Part shown: positions 19,714 to 29,758 of the stretch, one piece after another
Position numbering within the stretch: the stretch's first letter is position 1
How the letters are laid out: every line of letters starts with the position of its first letter
Source: Thermodesulfobacteriota bacterium
GTDB taxonomy: Bacteria; Desulfobacterota_D; UBA1144; Nemesobacterales; Nemesobacteraceae
Length of the DNA: 64,000 nt
Assembly (NCBI GenBank): GCA_965202785.1
Contig: OZ241855.1
Location: forward strand, 864,001 to 928,000
Direction: 5' to 3'
The notes under the pieces: model-generated
Told to the model about the DNA's origin: nothing
Database searches by the model: none
The model's input: only the letters and a program-made list of their open reading frames with translations
Made by a program: the position numbers and the translations under genes

Positions 19714-20721
19714 TTATTCGCGAGAAACTTGGTCTGTTAGCTTATTCTTTTTGGAAACGGTTTTTTTTACCGCCTGCAAGACCGCTTCGTGGATGGTGCC
19801 GTTCGTCGCTAGGACTCCTTTGTTTTCGAGGAGTTTCTTGCCAGTGGAGAAATCAAGCGGCTTACCCGAGGAGTCGGTGACGGTTCCTCCGGCTTCCTTG
19901 ACGATTATGTATCCTGCAGCGTGGTCCCATATATTTTCTTTGTAATCTTTTCGTGGCGGCGGACGAAGGTAAATGGAAGTATCTCCCCTAGCCAAAACCG
20001 CGTATTTACACTGGCTGTCCATTCTTACGGGTTTTGCGCTTATATCGAGAAAGCGGGCGATTTTCCCCGAAAATTCGTAGGATGCAGCGGGGGCTTCAAC
20101 CGATTCACACATAACGGAGTCCGAGGCTTTTTCAACGCTTGATACCGAAATGCGTGTCCGCGGGCTTCCTGAAAGTCCAAACTGGTAGGAACCCTGTCCT
20201 CTCTCCGCGAAAAACATGAATCCTTTTTCCTCACTTGTGCCGTCACTTGCGTCCAGTTCTGGACACCCAAGGATTCCGAGAACTATTTCTCCGTTCTCAA
20301 TGAGCGCGAGTGCGATTGCGTACTGGCGTTTCGCGAGAAATCCCCTTGTTCCGTCAATTGGGTCAAGCGTCCAAAATCTGCCGTGACTTCCGCCCCTATG
20401 GTTTCCCCTGTTGATAGCACGGAAAATCTCGTTCGGGCTTTTTTCGGGCAGGAGTTTCTCAAGATTTCTTCTGAGCGTTTCTCCGCAGCTGCCCTCGAGA
20501 CAAAACGAGGTTTCCTCGGCGACTATTGGAATTTCGGGAAAGGCGGCCGTGAGCTCATCGTTTATTGAAGCCTGCACGAAGAAATCTGCGAGCGTGACTG
20601 GAGAACCGTCTGTTTTGTAAAAGGCTTCGCGGAACTCAGGTTTCCCGCTCATTCGTGCGCAGGCCCTTGCCGCTTTTGTTACTGCGTCAAGACCCGTCTT
20701 TTTTTCAAGTTCAAAGCCCAT
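19714..20721 (-). CDS. 3'(2'),5'-bisphosphate nucleotidase, HAL2/SAL1-like
   Basis: KTDGSPVTLADF, WTLDPIDGTRGFL, DSQCKY, ENIWDHAAG. Confidence 0.88.
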   Translation of the reverse strand: MGFELEKKTGLDAVTKAARACARMSGKPEFREAFYKTDGSPVTLADFFVQASINDELTAAFPEIPIVAEETSFCLEGSCGETLRRNLEKLLPEKSPNEIFRAINRGNHRGGSHGRFWTLDPIDGTRGFLAKRQYAIALALIENGEIVLGILGCPELDASDGTSEEKGFMFFAERGQGSYQFGLSGSPRTRISVSSVEKASDSVMCESVEAPAASYEFSGKIARFLDISAKPVRMDSQCKYAVLARGDTSIYLRPPPRKDYKENIWDHAAGYIIVKEAGGTVTDSSGKPLDFSTGKKLLENKGVLATNGTIHEAVLQAVKKTVSKKNKLTDQVSRE

Positions 20722-20763
20722 TTGTATTGGATTTCGTCTTTAGGACAAAATCGCGGTGGTTTT

Positions 20764-23157
20764 TCAGGTCTTTGCTACGAATGTCGGGCTCTCCGGTGAA
20801 ATTTCAAAACCCACTCCCGCGTGGGAAAGCGCTATTCCGTTTCCGTTTTTAAGCGTGTATCTAGTTTCGGAGTGGCTTAGGTTCACCTCTATTAGATTGC
20901 CCAAGATTGAGATGGAAAAACTAAGTTTCAGCATTTTCTCGGGCAGATTGGGGATGAACTCGGGTCTTTCCCCGGTATTGGCGAGCCCGGCGAATCCGAA
21001 CACGAACATCATCCATGTTCCGCCCATGGAGGCTATGTGACAGCCGTCAACGGTGTTTCGTCCCATGTCTCCCAAATCCATGAAAACCGCGTTTTCCGCG
21101 TATTCCATCGCCTTGTCCATGTGTCCGACCTTGGCGGCAACTATTCCCTGTATGCAGGCTGAAAGCGAAGAGTCTCCCGTCGTGAGAGGGTCGTAGTAAT
21201 CAAAGTTCCGTCTTTCTTCTTCCTGCGAGAACTCCTTTTCAAGGAGGAACATCGCGAGTACGAGATCCGACTGCTTGACTACTTTGTGACGGTAAATGAC
21301 CAGCGGGTGGTAGTGAAGCAGTATGGGATACTTGTCTTCCGGGATGTTTTCAAAATCCCATTTTTCCTTCTCGAGAAAGTAGTTGTCCTGGGGGTGGATC
21401 CCGAGTTCTTCGTTATATGGTATGTACATGTGCTCGGCGGCGTTTTTCCAGGCCTCGATTTCCGAGATGCGGAGGTTGGTTTTGTGGGCGAGGCTTTTAA
21501 AAAGTTCGGGTTCGGTTTCCTCGAGTTTTTCAACCGTGGCTGCAGCGAGTCTCAGGTTCTCGCGGGCCATGAGATTAGTGTAGGTGTTGTTATTTACCAC
21601 GGTGTTGTACTCGTCCGGGCCGGTAACACCGTGTATTTCGAACTTTGCTTCTCCCGAGTTCGAGTAGAATCCGAGATCGCTCCACAGCCTTGCCGTTTCA
21701 ATCAGAATTTCCGTTCCGTACTTGGAGACAAAATCATGATCTCCGGTGACATTAACGTATTTTCTAAGTGCGTAGACTATATCAGCGTTTATATGGTACT
21801 GTGCGGTTCCCGCCGCATAGTAAGCTGAAGCCTCTTCCCCGTTTATGGTTCTCCAGGGAAACATCGCTCCTTTCTGGTTGAGTCTCCTTGCGTATTCCCT
21901 AGCTTTGTCAAGCATGCTGTAGCGAAACTTGAGAAGGCTCTCGGCGATAATGGGCGAAGTGTAGATAAGAAAAGGCATTAAGTATATTTCCATGTCCCAG
22001 AAATAATGGCCGTCGTAGCCCACTCCGGTAAGACCCTTGGACGGGACTCCGGCTCCTTCAACCCTTGCCGACGACTGGTACATCTGGAAAAGGCTGAATC
22101 TTATCGCCTGCTGGAAGGACACTGTCCGCTCATCGCTGTCCATCTCCACGCATATGTCGCTTCTTTCCCAGAATTTGTCGAGATACTTGCGCTGTCCCTC
22201 AAGCAAATCCGAAAATCCGAATTTCTTGGCTCTTTTAAGGCTCCTTCTAGCTCTCTCTCGAAGTTCCTCGTTTGTGTGCGGAGCGGTTCTTGTGGTGTGA
22301 TAGGTCATGTACTTGGTAAGACTTATCGGTTCTCCCTTTTGGGCGTCAACCATGAAAACTACTTTTCCTCGGTCATCTGCCGCCCTGCTTGTATAGGAAA
22401 AATCGCAGTTTGTCTCAAGCGTGTGCTCGATACCCGATGTTATCGTCATCTTGCTGTTTCGGGTTGAGTGGCAGAGAATGACACTCGTGTCCCGCGCTTC
22501 GTTCAGACAAGGTTCAAGAACCCGGTGCTCAAGCCTGCTGGCCCTGCGCGGATCTCCTCCGTTGCCCTGCACCTGCTGTTCTTCGTCCTCTTCCGCATAG
22601 TTTTCGTGGTCAATTATTTCCGAAGATATGATTACGGGGGCTTTGTCGTTGAGGACCGTTACTTCGTAGGATATGGCGGCCAGATGGCGGTGCTCCATGG
22701 AAACCAGCCTTTTCGATCTTATCGATATCTGTTTGCCCGAGAACATTTCCCATATGAGGTTTCTCTCTACCACGCCGTTTCTCATGTCGAGGACCCGCTC
22801 GAAGTGAAGAAGAGTCGCGGTCGGTATGTAAAAGGGCTCGTCGTCCACGTAAAGCTTAATTATCTTCGAGTCCGGAACGTTCACTATGGTCTGTCCCATT
22901 TTCGTGAACCCGAAGGCTTCCTCTCCGTATATAATGGGCCATGTTTCGTAGAAGCCGTTTACTATGGTGAAATTCTGGTAACTCGGGTTTCCCTCTTCAA
23001 AAGCGCCCCGCATTCCTATGTAGCCGTTTGATGTGCAGAAGATGGTTTCCGCAAGGCCGATTAATTCGGGATAAAACTGCTTTTCCGTTATTCTCCACGG
23101 GTCCGGCGGATATATGTGCTGTGCCGCGTATATTCCTCTTTTCTCTCTTCTTATCAT
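20764..23157 (-). CDS. glycoside hydrolase family 65 (trehalose/maltose/kojibiose phosphorylase-like)
   Basis: KGLTGVGYDGHYFWDME, VTGPDEY, KQSDLVL, DSSLS. Confidence 0.93.
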   Translation of the reverse strand: MIRREKRGIYAAQHIYPPDPWRITEKQFYPELIGLAETIFCTSNGYIGMRGAFEEGNPSYQNFTIVNGFYETWPIIYGEEAFGFTKMGQTIVNVPDSKIIKLYVDDEPFYIPTATLLHFERVLDMRNGVVERNLIWEMFSGKQISIRSKRLVSMEHRHLAAISYEVTVLNDKAPVIISSEIIDHENYAEEDEEQQVQGNGGDPRRASRLEHRVLEPCLNEARDTSVILCHSTRNSKMTITSGIEHTLETNCDFSYTSRAADDRGKVVFMVDAQKGEPISLTKYMTYHTTRTAPHTNEELRERARRSLKRAKKFGFSDLLEGQRKYLDKFWERSDICVEMDSDERTVSFQQAIRFSLFQMYQSSARVEGAGVPSKGLTGVGYDGHYFWDMEIYLMPFLIYTSPIIAESLLKFRYSMLDKAREYARRLNQKGAMFPWRTINGEEASAYYAAGTAQYHINADIVYALRKYVNVTGDHDFVSKYGTEILIETARLWSDLGFYSNSGEAKFEIHGVTGPDEYNTVVNNNTYTNLMARENLRLAAATVEKLEETEPELFKSLAHKTNLRISEIEAWKNAAEHMYIPYNEELGIHPQDNYFLEKEKWDFENIPEDKYPILLHYHPLVIYRHKVVKQSDLVLAMFLLEKEFSQEEERRNFDYYDPLTTGDSSLSACIQGIVAAKVGHMDKAMEYAENAVFMDLGDMGRNTVDGCHIASMGGTWMMFVFGFAGLANTGERPEFIPNLPEKMLKLSFSISILGNLIEVNLSHSETRYTLKNGNGIALSHAGVGFEISPESPTFVAKT

Positions 23158-23175
23158 CCTTGCACTCCTCGCACT

Positions 23176-23991
23176 CTACTCCCCAAATCCGAACTCCCCC
23201 AGGTCTCTGACGACCATGTCCGCTCCGCTTGAAAAAAGTTCCTCTTCATTTTGCTTTCTGGCTACTCCGATTACCACTCCGAACCCCCCACTCGCTCCCG
23301 CTGCTACTCCTGCCGCCGCATCCTCGATAACGATACTCCTTGCGGGCTTGATTCCAAGAGCCAAGGCGGCTTCAAGGAACGTATCTGGTTCCGGCTTTCC
23401 TCGAAGACCTTTTTCGGCCGCCGTTACCCCGTCCACCGTTACCTCAAAAAGGTCCTCTACTCCCGCGGCCGCCATTACCGCCCGGCAGTTTCTGCTTGAA
23501 GATACGACTGCCAGGCGAAACCCGGATTTCTTAAGATGACGTACCAGCGCGACGGATGTCTGGTAGATTCCAGGCGACTCTTTTTCGAGGGTTTCCGTGA
23601 ACATCTGGTTTTTCCTGTTTCCGAGCCCGAAAACTGATTGCTCTCCCGGAGGGGAGTTTGTATCGCCCTCGGGAAGTTCTATCGCGCGCGAAAGCAGAAA
23701 GCCGCGCACGCCCTCATAGCGGGGTTTGCCGTCGACATACTCAAGGTAATCGTCAGTTTCGTTGAAGGGAACGAAGTTCTCGCCCTTCTTGCTTGCCCAA
23801 GTGCGAAGGAACTCGTCAAATGTCTTTTTCCAGCAGGCCGAGTGAACTTTTTCAGTCGTGGTAATTACTCCGTCAAGATCGAAAAGAACCGCATCGCAGT
23901 TGCTTTTTGAGAAGACGCTTTCTCCGTTTGGAAGTTCTGTCTTAAGGGCCTGCGCTTTCATATCTGTTTTCCGAAGAGGAGTTTCACCCAC
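23176..23991 (-). CDS. beta-phosphoglucomutase-family HAD hydrolase
   Basis: FDLDGVIT, YVDGKPRYEGV, GKPEPDTF, IEDA; adjacent to GH65. Confidence 0.9.
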   Translation of the reverse strand: MGETPLRKTDMKAQALKTELPNGESVFSKSNCDAVLFDLDGVITTTEKVHSACWKKTFDEFLRTWASKKGENFVPFNETDDYLEYVDGKPRYEGVRGFLLSRAIELPEGDTNSPPGEQSVFGLGNRKNQMFTETLEKESPGIYQTSVALVRHLKKSGFRLAVVSSSRNCRAVMAAAGVEDLFEVTVDGVTAAEKGLRGKPEPDTFLEAALALGIKPARSIVIEDAAAGVAAGASGGFGVVIGVARKQNEEELFSSGADMVVRDLGEFGFGE

Positions 23992-24132
23992 GGCATTTTT
24001 GATGCGGATTAATTATACAGCATTATTCCCTGCGAAAAACCACACAAAACGCAGCTAGGTCCTTTGGTACTTCTAGAGGGCATTTTGAAATTGAACCCTT
24101 TTTATGATAGTTTGATAATTCCTTTTGAGTTT

Positions 24133-24208
24133 GGCCCCATCGTCTAGGGGTTTAGGACGCAGCCCTCTCAAGGCTGAAACACGGGTTCGAATCCCGTTGG
24201 GGCTACCA
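24133..24208 (+). tRNA. tRNA-Glu(CTC)
   Basis: GGCCCCATCGTCTAG..., anticodon arm CAGCC-CTCTCAA-GGCTG, GGTTCGAATCC, encoded CCA. Confidence 0.95.
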
Positions 24209-24376
24209 CTTCCACTTTTTTTCGACTGAGTTTTCCATATTTTCCGTGCTTTGCATCAGGGACGGTGAAAAAAGCCATTTGGGAATTGACGCAACTACCC
24301 ATGATGTTTTAAACTAACCCTGAAGTTGCCGGCGCTTGCCGCCTGCACAAACAACAACACATCAAGGAGGGGTAAA

Positions 24377-25147
24377 ATGAAACTTGAAGGTAAATCCGCA
24401 ATAATTACTGGCGGCAGTCTGGGAATAGGGCAGGTCACTGCGCTTCTTTTTGCAAATGAGGGCGCAGATGTTCTTATAACCGGCAGAACTGAAAGCACTC
24501 TTGCAGAAGCTGCGGAACTGGCTAAGGATTCTCCCGGCAGGATAGAGTATCTTGTAAGCGACGTATCAAAGGAGGAGGACTGCGAGCAGGCTGTGGAGCA
24601 CGCCATAAAGCTTTTCGGCAAAATCGACATACTGTTTAACAATGCCGGGGTGCTTCCTCTCGCAAATACTCACGAGACATCTATTGAAGACTGGGACCAG
24701 GTATTTGCCATTAACGTAAGGGGCACCTTCATGATGTCCAAGTTCTCGATTCCACACATGATCGAGCAGGGTGGAGGCACAATAATCAATAATTCCTCCA
24801 TACTTGGAATTAAGGCCATACCGGGTACCGCCGCATATAATTCCACCAAAGGAGCGGTGTCGCAGCTCACAAGAAGCATGGCCCTTGAGTACGGGGCAAA
24901 CGGCATCAGGGTAAACGCCATAAATCCCGGCACTACACTGACTCCGATGGTAGAGGCCTTTCTCGAAGATTCGCCCCCGGAGCTTGATGCGTATCTGAAG
25001 GGACTCCAGCCTATAACCGGGCACTTGGGCCGTTTCGCGACCCCCGAGGAAATAGCGCACGCGGTGCTTTTCCTCTGCGACAGTGAAAACGTGGCGTATA
25101 TGACGGGAGCGGAGCTTTCCGTTGACGGCGGGTGGATAGCTAACTAG
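24377..25147 (+). CDS. SDR family oxidoreductase
   Basis: TGGSLGIG, NNAG, YNSTK, VDGG; AAGGAGG RBS before ATG 24377. Confidence 0.93.
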   Translation: MKLEGKSAIITGGSLGIGQVTALLFANEGADVLITGRTESTLAEAAELAKDSPGRIEYLVSDVSKEEDCEQAVEHAIKLFGKIDILFNNAGVLPLANTHETSIEDWDQVFAINVRGTFMMSKFSIPHMIEQGGGTIINNSSILGIKAIPGTAAYNSTKGAVSQLTRSMALEYGANGIRVNAINPGTTLTPMVEAFLEDSPPELDAYLKGLQPITGHLGRFATPEEIAHAVLFLCDSENVAYMTGAELSVDGGWIAN

Positions 25148-25178
25148 GGAAGCAGTTTCTGGCCCAGATCCTGTCCTG

Positions 25179-25478
25179 TCAGTCGGTATCTGTATCTGTA
25201 AGGGTTATATCGGCAAGGGGTCCGTACGCGGCGGAGAGGGTTTTTCTTATAAAGGCTTCGGGATCGTCCGTTTCGGCTTCCACGAGGATTTCTCCGCGGT
25301 TCTCAAGAGAGCCCCGAAAATCCCCGGCAGGCGACGGGTTTTCGTTTCCCTCGCATGTTGAGCTGTTCAGGATAAAGAGAACCTCAGGCTTATCCCCGTT
25401 TCTCACCTCGCAGTCTATTGACACTATCCCCTCCGGGACCTCTATGTCGGCTACGTATCTTGAGGTTTGTTCCTGCAT
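25179..25478 (-). CDS. hypothetical protein
   Basis: 99-aa ORF immediately downstream of ispH on the same strand; no motif recognised. Confidence 0.55.
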   Translation of the reverse strand: MQEQTSRYVADIEVPEGIVSIDCEVRNGDKPEVLFILNSSTCEGNENPSPAGDFRGSLENRGEILVEAETDDPEAFIRKTLSAAYGPLADITLTDTDTD

Positions 25479-25489
25479 TCTCGGTAGAC

Positions 25490-26431
25490 TCAGCTTGTTG
25501 AGAACTCAAGCGAATGTGGAAAGGGGAATTTCGTGGATTCCTCCTTCAAGCTGAACTCTTCAAAGGTGGAGGCTCCCAAATCCTTTAGCTTTGCGAGCAG
25601 CTCTTCGATTATTACCTCGGGAGTTGACGCGCCGGAGCTTATGCCCACGGTCATGTCCCGCTCAAGCGTTTCCACGCCGCCGAGCCCTTCTGTATCCTCA
25701 ATTAGGTAGGCTTTTTTTACGCCGCACGATTTTGCGACTTCAACCAGCCTGTTTGAGTTTGAACTCTCGGGCGATCCCACGATGAAAATGACGTCTGAGA
25801 TCTCGGCGAGTTTTTTTACGGCATCCTGGCGGTTCTGGGTGGCGTAGCAGATATCGAGCTTGGAAGGCTTTGCGATTTTCGGAAAACGCCTTTCAAGCGC
25901 CGCCACTATTTCCTTAGTGTCGTCGACGCTGAGGGTAGTCTGCGTCACGTAGGCTACTTTTTCCGGGTCCGGGACGTTAACCGAGAAGGCCTCGCTTGCC
26001 GATTCCACAACCACGACACTGTCTGGCGCCTCGCCCTTCGTTCCTATGACTTCTACGTGGTCCCTGTGGCCTACGAGTATTATCGTGTACCCCATTTCGG
26101 AGTAGTGCCTTACTTCGTTGTGGACCTTGGTCACGAGCGGACAGACGGCATCCACTATCTGGAAGCCTCGTTTTCTGGCTTCATCGATAACCGCGGGGCT
26201 TACGCCGTGGGCACTGAAGATGACTCGCGCCTCAGGATCGTTGATTTCGTCGAGTTCCTCTACGAAAACGGCGCCTTTTTGCCTTAGAGAATCCACTACC
26301 CTTTTATTGTGCACTATGGCGTGGCGGACGTAGATAGGGGGACCGTACATCTCAAGGGCCATTTCGACTATTTCGATCGCCCTTTCGACTCCGGCGCAGA
26401 ATCCTCTGGGTTTAGCGACTACGACTCGCAT
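25490..26431 (-). CDS. ispH: 4-hydroxy-3-methylbut-2-enyl diphosphate reductase
   Basis: PRGFCAGVERA, HAIVHN, DAVCPLV, ICYATQNRQ, SSNSNRL; start moved to MRVVVAK. Confidence 0.97.
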   Translation of the reverse strand: MRVVVAKPRGFCAGVERAIEIVEMALEMYGPPIYVRHAIVHNKRVVDSLRQKGAVFVEELDEINDPEARVIFSAHGVSPAVIDEARKRGFQIVDAVCPLVTKVHNEVRHYSEMGYTIILVGHRDHVEVIGTKGEAPDSVVVVESASEAFSVNVPDPEKVAYVTQTTLSVDDTKEIVAALERRFPKIAKPSKLDICYATQNRQDAVKKLAEISDVIFIVGSPESSNSNRLVEVAKSCGVKKAYLIEDTEGLGGVETLERDMTVGISSGASTPEVIIEELLAKLKDLGASTFEEFSLKEESTKFPFPHSLEFSTS

Positions 26432-26612
26432 GTCACCGTAGATGATAACGCCGTGACAACGCAGGTCAAGCAAAATGGCTTTCCGGCTAACACGGGAGAG
26501 ATCGGGCTGTAACCACAAGCACGGTGCGCGTTTGCCGGGTATGCTTTATCCCGTTTATTCTCGCCGGAGCGATACAACGGCACACAACACAACACAAAGG
26601 AATTTTCAAGCT

Positions 26613-27353
26613 ATGACCGCCGAGAACAATGGAGAGAACACCCCGCAGAGCTGCGAGAGGCTGATAATAGCCCTTGACTTTGACTCAAGGGAAGAAGCCC
26701 TTGTTCTGGTGAAGCTTCTCGGCGAAAGGATCGGCATCTACAAGGTTGGCTACCAGCTTTTTATGCGTGAGGGCATGAGCTTCGTAAAGGAGCTTGTGAG
26801 ACTTGGAAAGAAGATCTTCCTTGATCTTAAGATGGGAGACATAGACCGAACGATCACGGCCGCGCTTCGGGCGGTGCCGGAGGGAGTGGAATTCGTTACC
26901 ATAAACGGCGGAAAGGCAACGGTGGCTGCTGCAAAGGAAGGCCGCGGCGAAAGAGACCGACCTCTTATTCTCTCCCTTACTTTTCTTTCAAGCCTTAACC
27001 AGGATGATCTTAGGGCGCTTATGATGAACGAAGATCTCGAACTCGATGAATACGTGCGGGTCTTTACGCGAAGGTCGATTGAAGCCGGCTGTGATGGAGT
27101 CGTGGCTTCGGGAGAGTCGATACGTGAAATCAGGCGGGAATTCGGAAGCCGCCTCGTGATAGTCGCTCCCGGAATACGCCCCGAGGGGGAAAGCCGAAAC
27201 GATCACAAAAGAGCGCTCACCCCAAAGATGGCTATTGATTACGGAGCCGATTATCTGGTCGTAGGACGCCCGGTTACCGAGGCAAATAACAGCCTCGGGA
27301 TTGCGGATGCCATAATCAGGGAAGCCAATATGGCTTTTGCCAGTAGGGGCTGA
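26613..27353 (+). CDS. pyrF: orotidine-5'-phosphate decarboxylase
   Basis: LIIALD, FLDLKMGDI, APGIRP, YLVVGRPV; start taken at ATG 26613. Confidence 0.92.
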   Translation: MTAENNGENTPQSCERLIIALDFDSREEALVLVKLLGERIGIYKVGYQLFMREGMSFVKELVRLGKKIFLDLKMGDIDRTITAALRAVPEGVEFVTINGGKATVAAAKEGRGERDRPLILSLTFLSSLNQDDLRALMMNEDLELDEYVRVFTRRSIEAGCDGVVASGESIREIRREFGSRLVIVAPGIRPEGESRNDHKRALTPKMAIDYGADYLVVGRPVTEANNSLGIADAIIREANMAFASRG

Positions 27354-28123
27354 TGGCTGAAACTATGTTTCAGCGCCTGCGCCGTTATTACAAAGACAAC
27401 GGGATTCTTTCCACCTCGTTTACCTGTCCGCACAAGAAGCAGTGCAGTGCCGGTTCTCAGAAGTTTACCGGTCCGAAGTCGGCATTTGTAAGCACAGGCT
27501 ATGAGAATAAAAGTTCTGATTTACCCCGACTGCTTTTTTTGTCACTTGATTCCGGCGATGGGGATAAGGACGATAGGAAAAGGCTGCCGGAAGCCCTGCG
27601 GCAGCAGGAAGAAATAGAAAGAGACGTGCTGGCACTGCCACAGCACAAGCACTGGTACAGGACGCATGAACTTGCTTGGTATATATTCAGGCAGTTTGAT
27701 CCTAATATCAGAATTGAAGATGCGAAAGGATATTTTGCACACGCAAATTCCGCCAAGTGTTGCATGAATAAACCGGGAAGGAAACAAGCCGACAAGGTTT
27801 TGTTCAGAAACTGCCGGAAGTATCTGAAGGGTGAACTGGAAATACTTTGTCCCGACGTCATCGTTACGCAGGGTGCCGAGGCTAAAAAAGCCGTTGCGTC
27901 GTTTTACAAACCGCTTAAGTGCATCAATGAGTACGCGTCAATTATAAGTATAAATTCCCGAAAGGTCTTCTGGCTCCACACTCATCATCCAAGCGGCTGG
28001 GGTGCGTTTAACAGGCAGCGCGACTATAGTAAGATCCGAAACCTTGCTTTGGGGTGGGATAAATACTCTTGTATGATCCACGAGTTTATAAAATCGAGTG
28101 AGAAAGAAGAATCCCGAATTTGA
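27353..28123 (+). CDS. divergent uracil-DNA glycosylase-superfamily protein
   Basis: LLFLSLDSG, HANSAKC, NCRKYLKGELEILCPDVIVTQG, HTHHPS; TGATG overlap with the pyrF stop. Confidence 0.7.
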   Translation: MAETMFQRLRRYYKDNGILSTSFTCPHKKQCSAGSQKFTGPKSAFVSTGYENKSSDLPRLLFLSLDSGDGDKDDRKRLPEALRQQEEIERDVLALPQHKHWYRTHELAWYIFRQFDPNIRIEDAKGYFAHANSAKCCMNKPGRKQADKVLFRNCRKYLKGELEILCPDVIVTQGAEAKKAVASFYKPLKCINEYASIISINSRKVFWLHTHHPSGWGAFNRQRDYSKIRNLALGWDKYSCMIHEFIKSSEKEESRI

Positions 28124-28153
28124 TTCCGGAAGCTACGGTACTTGCAATACAGC

Positions 28154-28912
28154 TCACGCAATGATTTCCATAAGGTCTTCTGCGGTTATTATCTCCGTTT
28201 CTTCGTTTCCCGAAAGCGTTTTTATTTCCTCTGGAAGATCTTTCCCGTCCATTGAAGGGTAAAGATGCGAGAGGACAATTTTTTTTGGATTGTTTTCCCG
28301 AAGAATTTCCGCTATGTCTGAAGGAGTCATATGAACGGCCATTTTCTCTGAGTCCGGAAGAGCGCATTCCGTAACGAATATGTCCGCATCCGAGGCCACC
28401 TTGCGAAGCCCGGGAAAATAACCCGTGTCTCCCGTGTAAACGATTTTCTTCCCCAGAGCACTTATTACGTATCCGATACTGTTTTCAGTGTGAACGGTTT
28501 TGAATGTCTTTATTTCAAGGCCGCCGATTTTCTGTTTCTTTTTTCCTATCTCATGGATTTTCACGAGCTCGGGTCTTACCCACTCCCTGTAGGGAACCCG
28601 CAGCTTTTCGACAAATTCCGAGAATCCATCCGGCCCCCATATTCCAAGCGTCTTTTCTCTTTTTTTCCCGTATGGATGTCTCGTGGCGAAAAGAAGTGGG
28701 ATCAGGTCTGATGTGTGATCGGGGTGAAAATGGGTTATGAAAACATTGTCGATTCCGAGGTAGTCGACCCCAATTTTTTCGAGTTTCCATACCGTGCCGT
28801 TTCCGCAATCAAAGAGGGACGCGCCGGTATCGGTGCTCAGGAGATATCCGGAGGAACCTCTTTTTTCGTGGGGAACGCATGTTCCCGAACCCAAGACCGT
28901 AAGTTTCACCAT
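28154..28912 (-). CDS. ribonuclease Z-like MBL-fold metallohydrolase
   Basis: LTVLGSG, DCG, THFHPDH, YTGDT, LSHLYP. Confidence 0.85.
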   Translation of the reverse strand: MVKLTVLGSGTCVPHEKRGSSGYLLSTDTGASLFDCGNGTVWKLEKIGVDYLGIDNVFITHFHPDHTSDLIPLLFATRHPYGKKREKTLGIWGPDGFSEFVEKLRVPYREWVRPELVKIHEIGKKKQKIGGLEIKTFKTVHTENSIGYVISALGKKIVYTGDTGYFPGLRKVASDADIFVTECALPDSEKMAVHMTPSDIAEILRENNPKKIVLSHLYPSMDGKDLPEEIKTLSGNEETEIITAEDLMEIIA

Positions 28913-28967
28913 CTGACTTGATATAATCCTGTCTCCGTTCCATAATCTTACTCGCGGAGCCGTTCAG

Positions 28968-29750
28968 ATGGGAAACATTATAACACTGACAACCGATTTC
29001 GGGTTAAAGGATCATTATGTGGGAGCGATGAAAGGGGTGATGCTTTCCGTAAACGAAAAAGTCCACCCGGTCGATATAACCCACTGCATCGAGTCTCATG
29101 ACGTTCGCGCCGCGTCTTTTGTTATAGGCAATTCGTACCGGTATTTTCCGAAAAAAACCGTGCATCTGGTCGTGGTAGACCCAGGAGTCGGGAGCAGACG
29201 AAAGCCTCTAGCGCTCTTTGCTGACGGTCATTTTTTCGTGGGACCTGATAACGGCGTTTTCAGTTCGGTCATTCGTTCCTGTGAAGATTTCCGTGCCCGC
29301 GAGATAAAAAACCTTGATTATTGTCTAAAAGAGATAAGCTCGACTTTTCACGGAAGGGACATATTCGCCCCGGTAGCGGCGCATCTCTCGCTCGGGGTTC
29401 CGTTCTCGGAAATCGGACCCCAGATCCAGGATCCCGAAACTCTTCCCCGCGACGGGTACTCGGTAACCGGAAATGAGATTCGCGGAACGGTAGTTTACAC
29501 CGACAAATTCGGGAACCTTGTGACCAGCATACCGACTGAGGCCGTTGGCAACGGGGCCGGAGCCTTGGTGACCGTCGGAGGGAAACGGATCGCCGGAATT
29601 TCAGAGTCCTATTCTTCGGCGGAGCTTGGGGAGATTCTCGCCGTTGGAGGAAGCAGCGGATATATCGAGATATCGGTTAACCAAGGCCGGGCGTGTGATG
29701 TCTTCGGCGAAGAACCGCCGGAAGTCATTATCGTTGAGGAGAAGAACTGA
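28968..29750 (+). CDS. SAM hydroxide adenosyltransferase / chlorinase-fluorinase family (DUF62)
   Basis: ITLTTDFG, VVDPGVGSRR, GPDNG, TFHGRDIFAP, DKFGN. Confidence 0.93.
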   Translation: MGNIITLTTDFGLKDHYVGAMKGVMLSVNEKVHPVDITHCIESHDVRAASFVIGNSYRYFPKKTVHLVVVDPGVGSRRKPLALFADGHFFVGPDNGVFSSVIRSCEDFRAREIKNLDYCLKEISSTFHGRDIFAPVAAHLSLGVPFSEIGPQIQDPETLPRDGYSVTGNEIRGTVVYTDKFGNLVTSIPTEAVGNGAGALVTVGGKRIAGISESYSSAELGEILAVGGSSGYIEISVNQGRACDVFGEEPPEVIIVEEKN

Positions 29751-29758
29751 GAGGAATT

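Noticed and set aside
28968-29750. DUF62 gene as a halogenase of a natural-product cluster
   Set aside because: Housekeeping context (RNase Z-like, rluD, pgeF), and the D/R/H motifs fit the common SAM hydrolase branch
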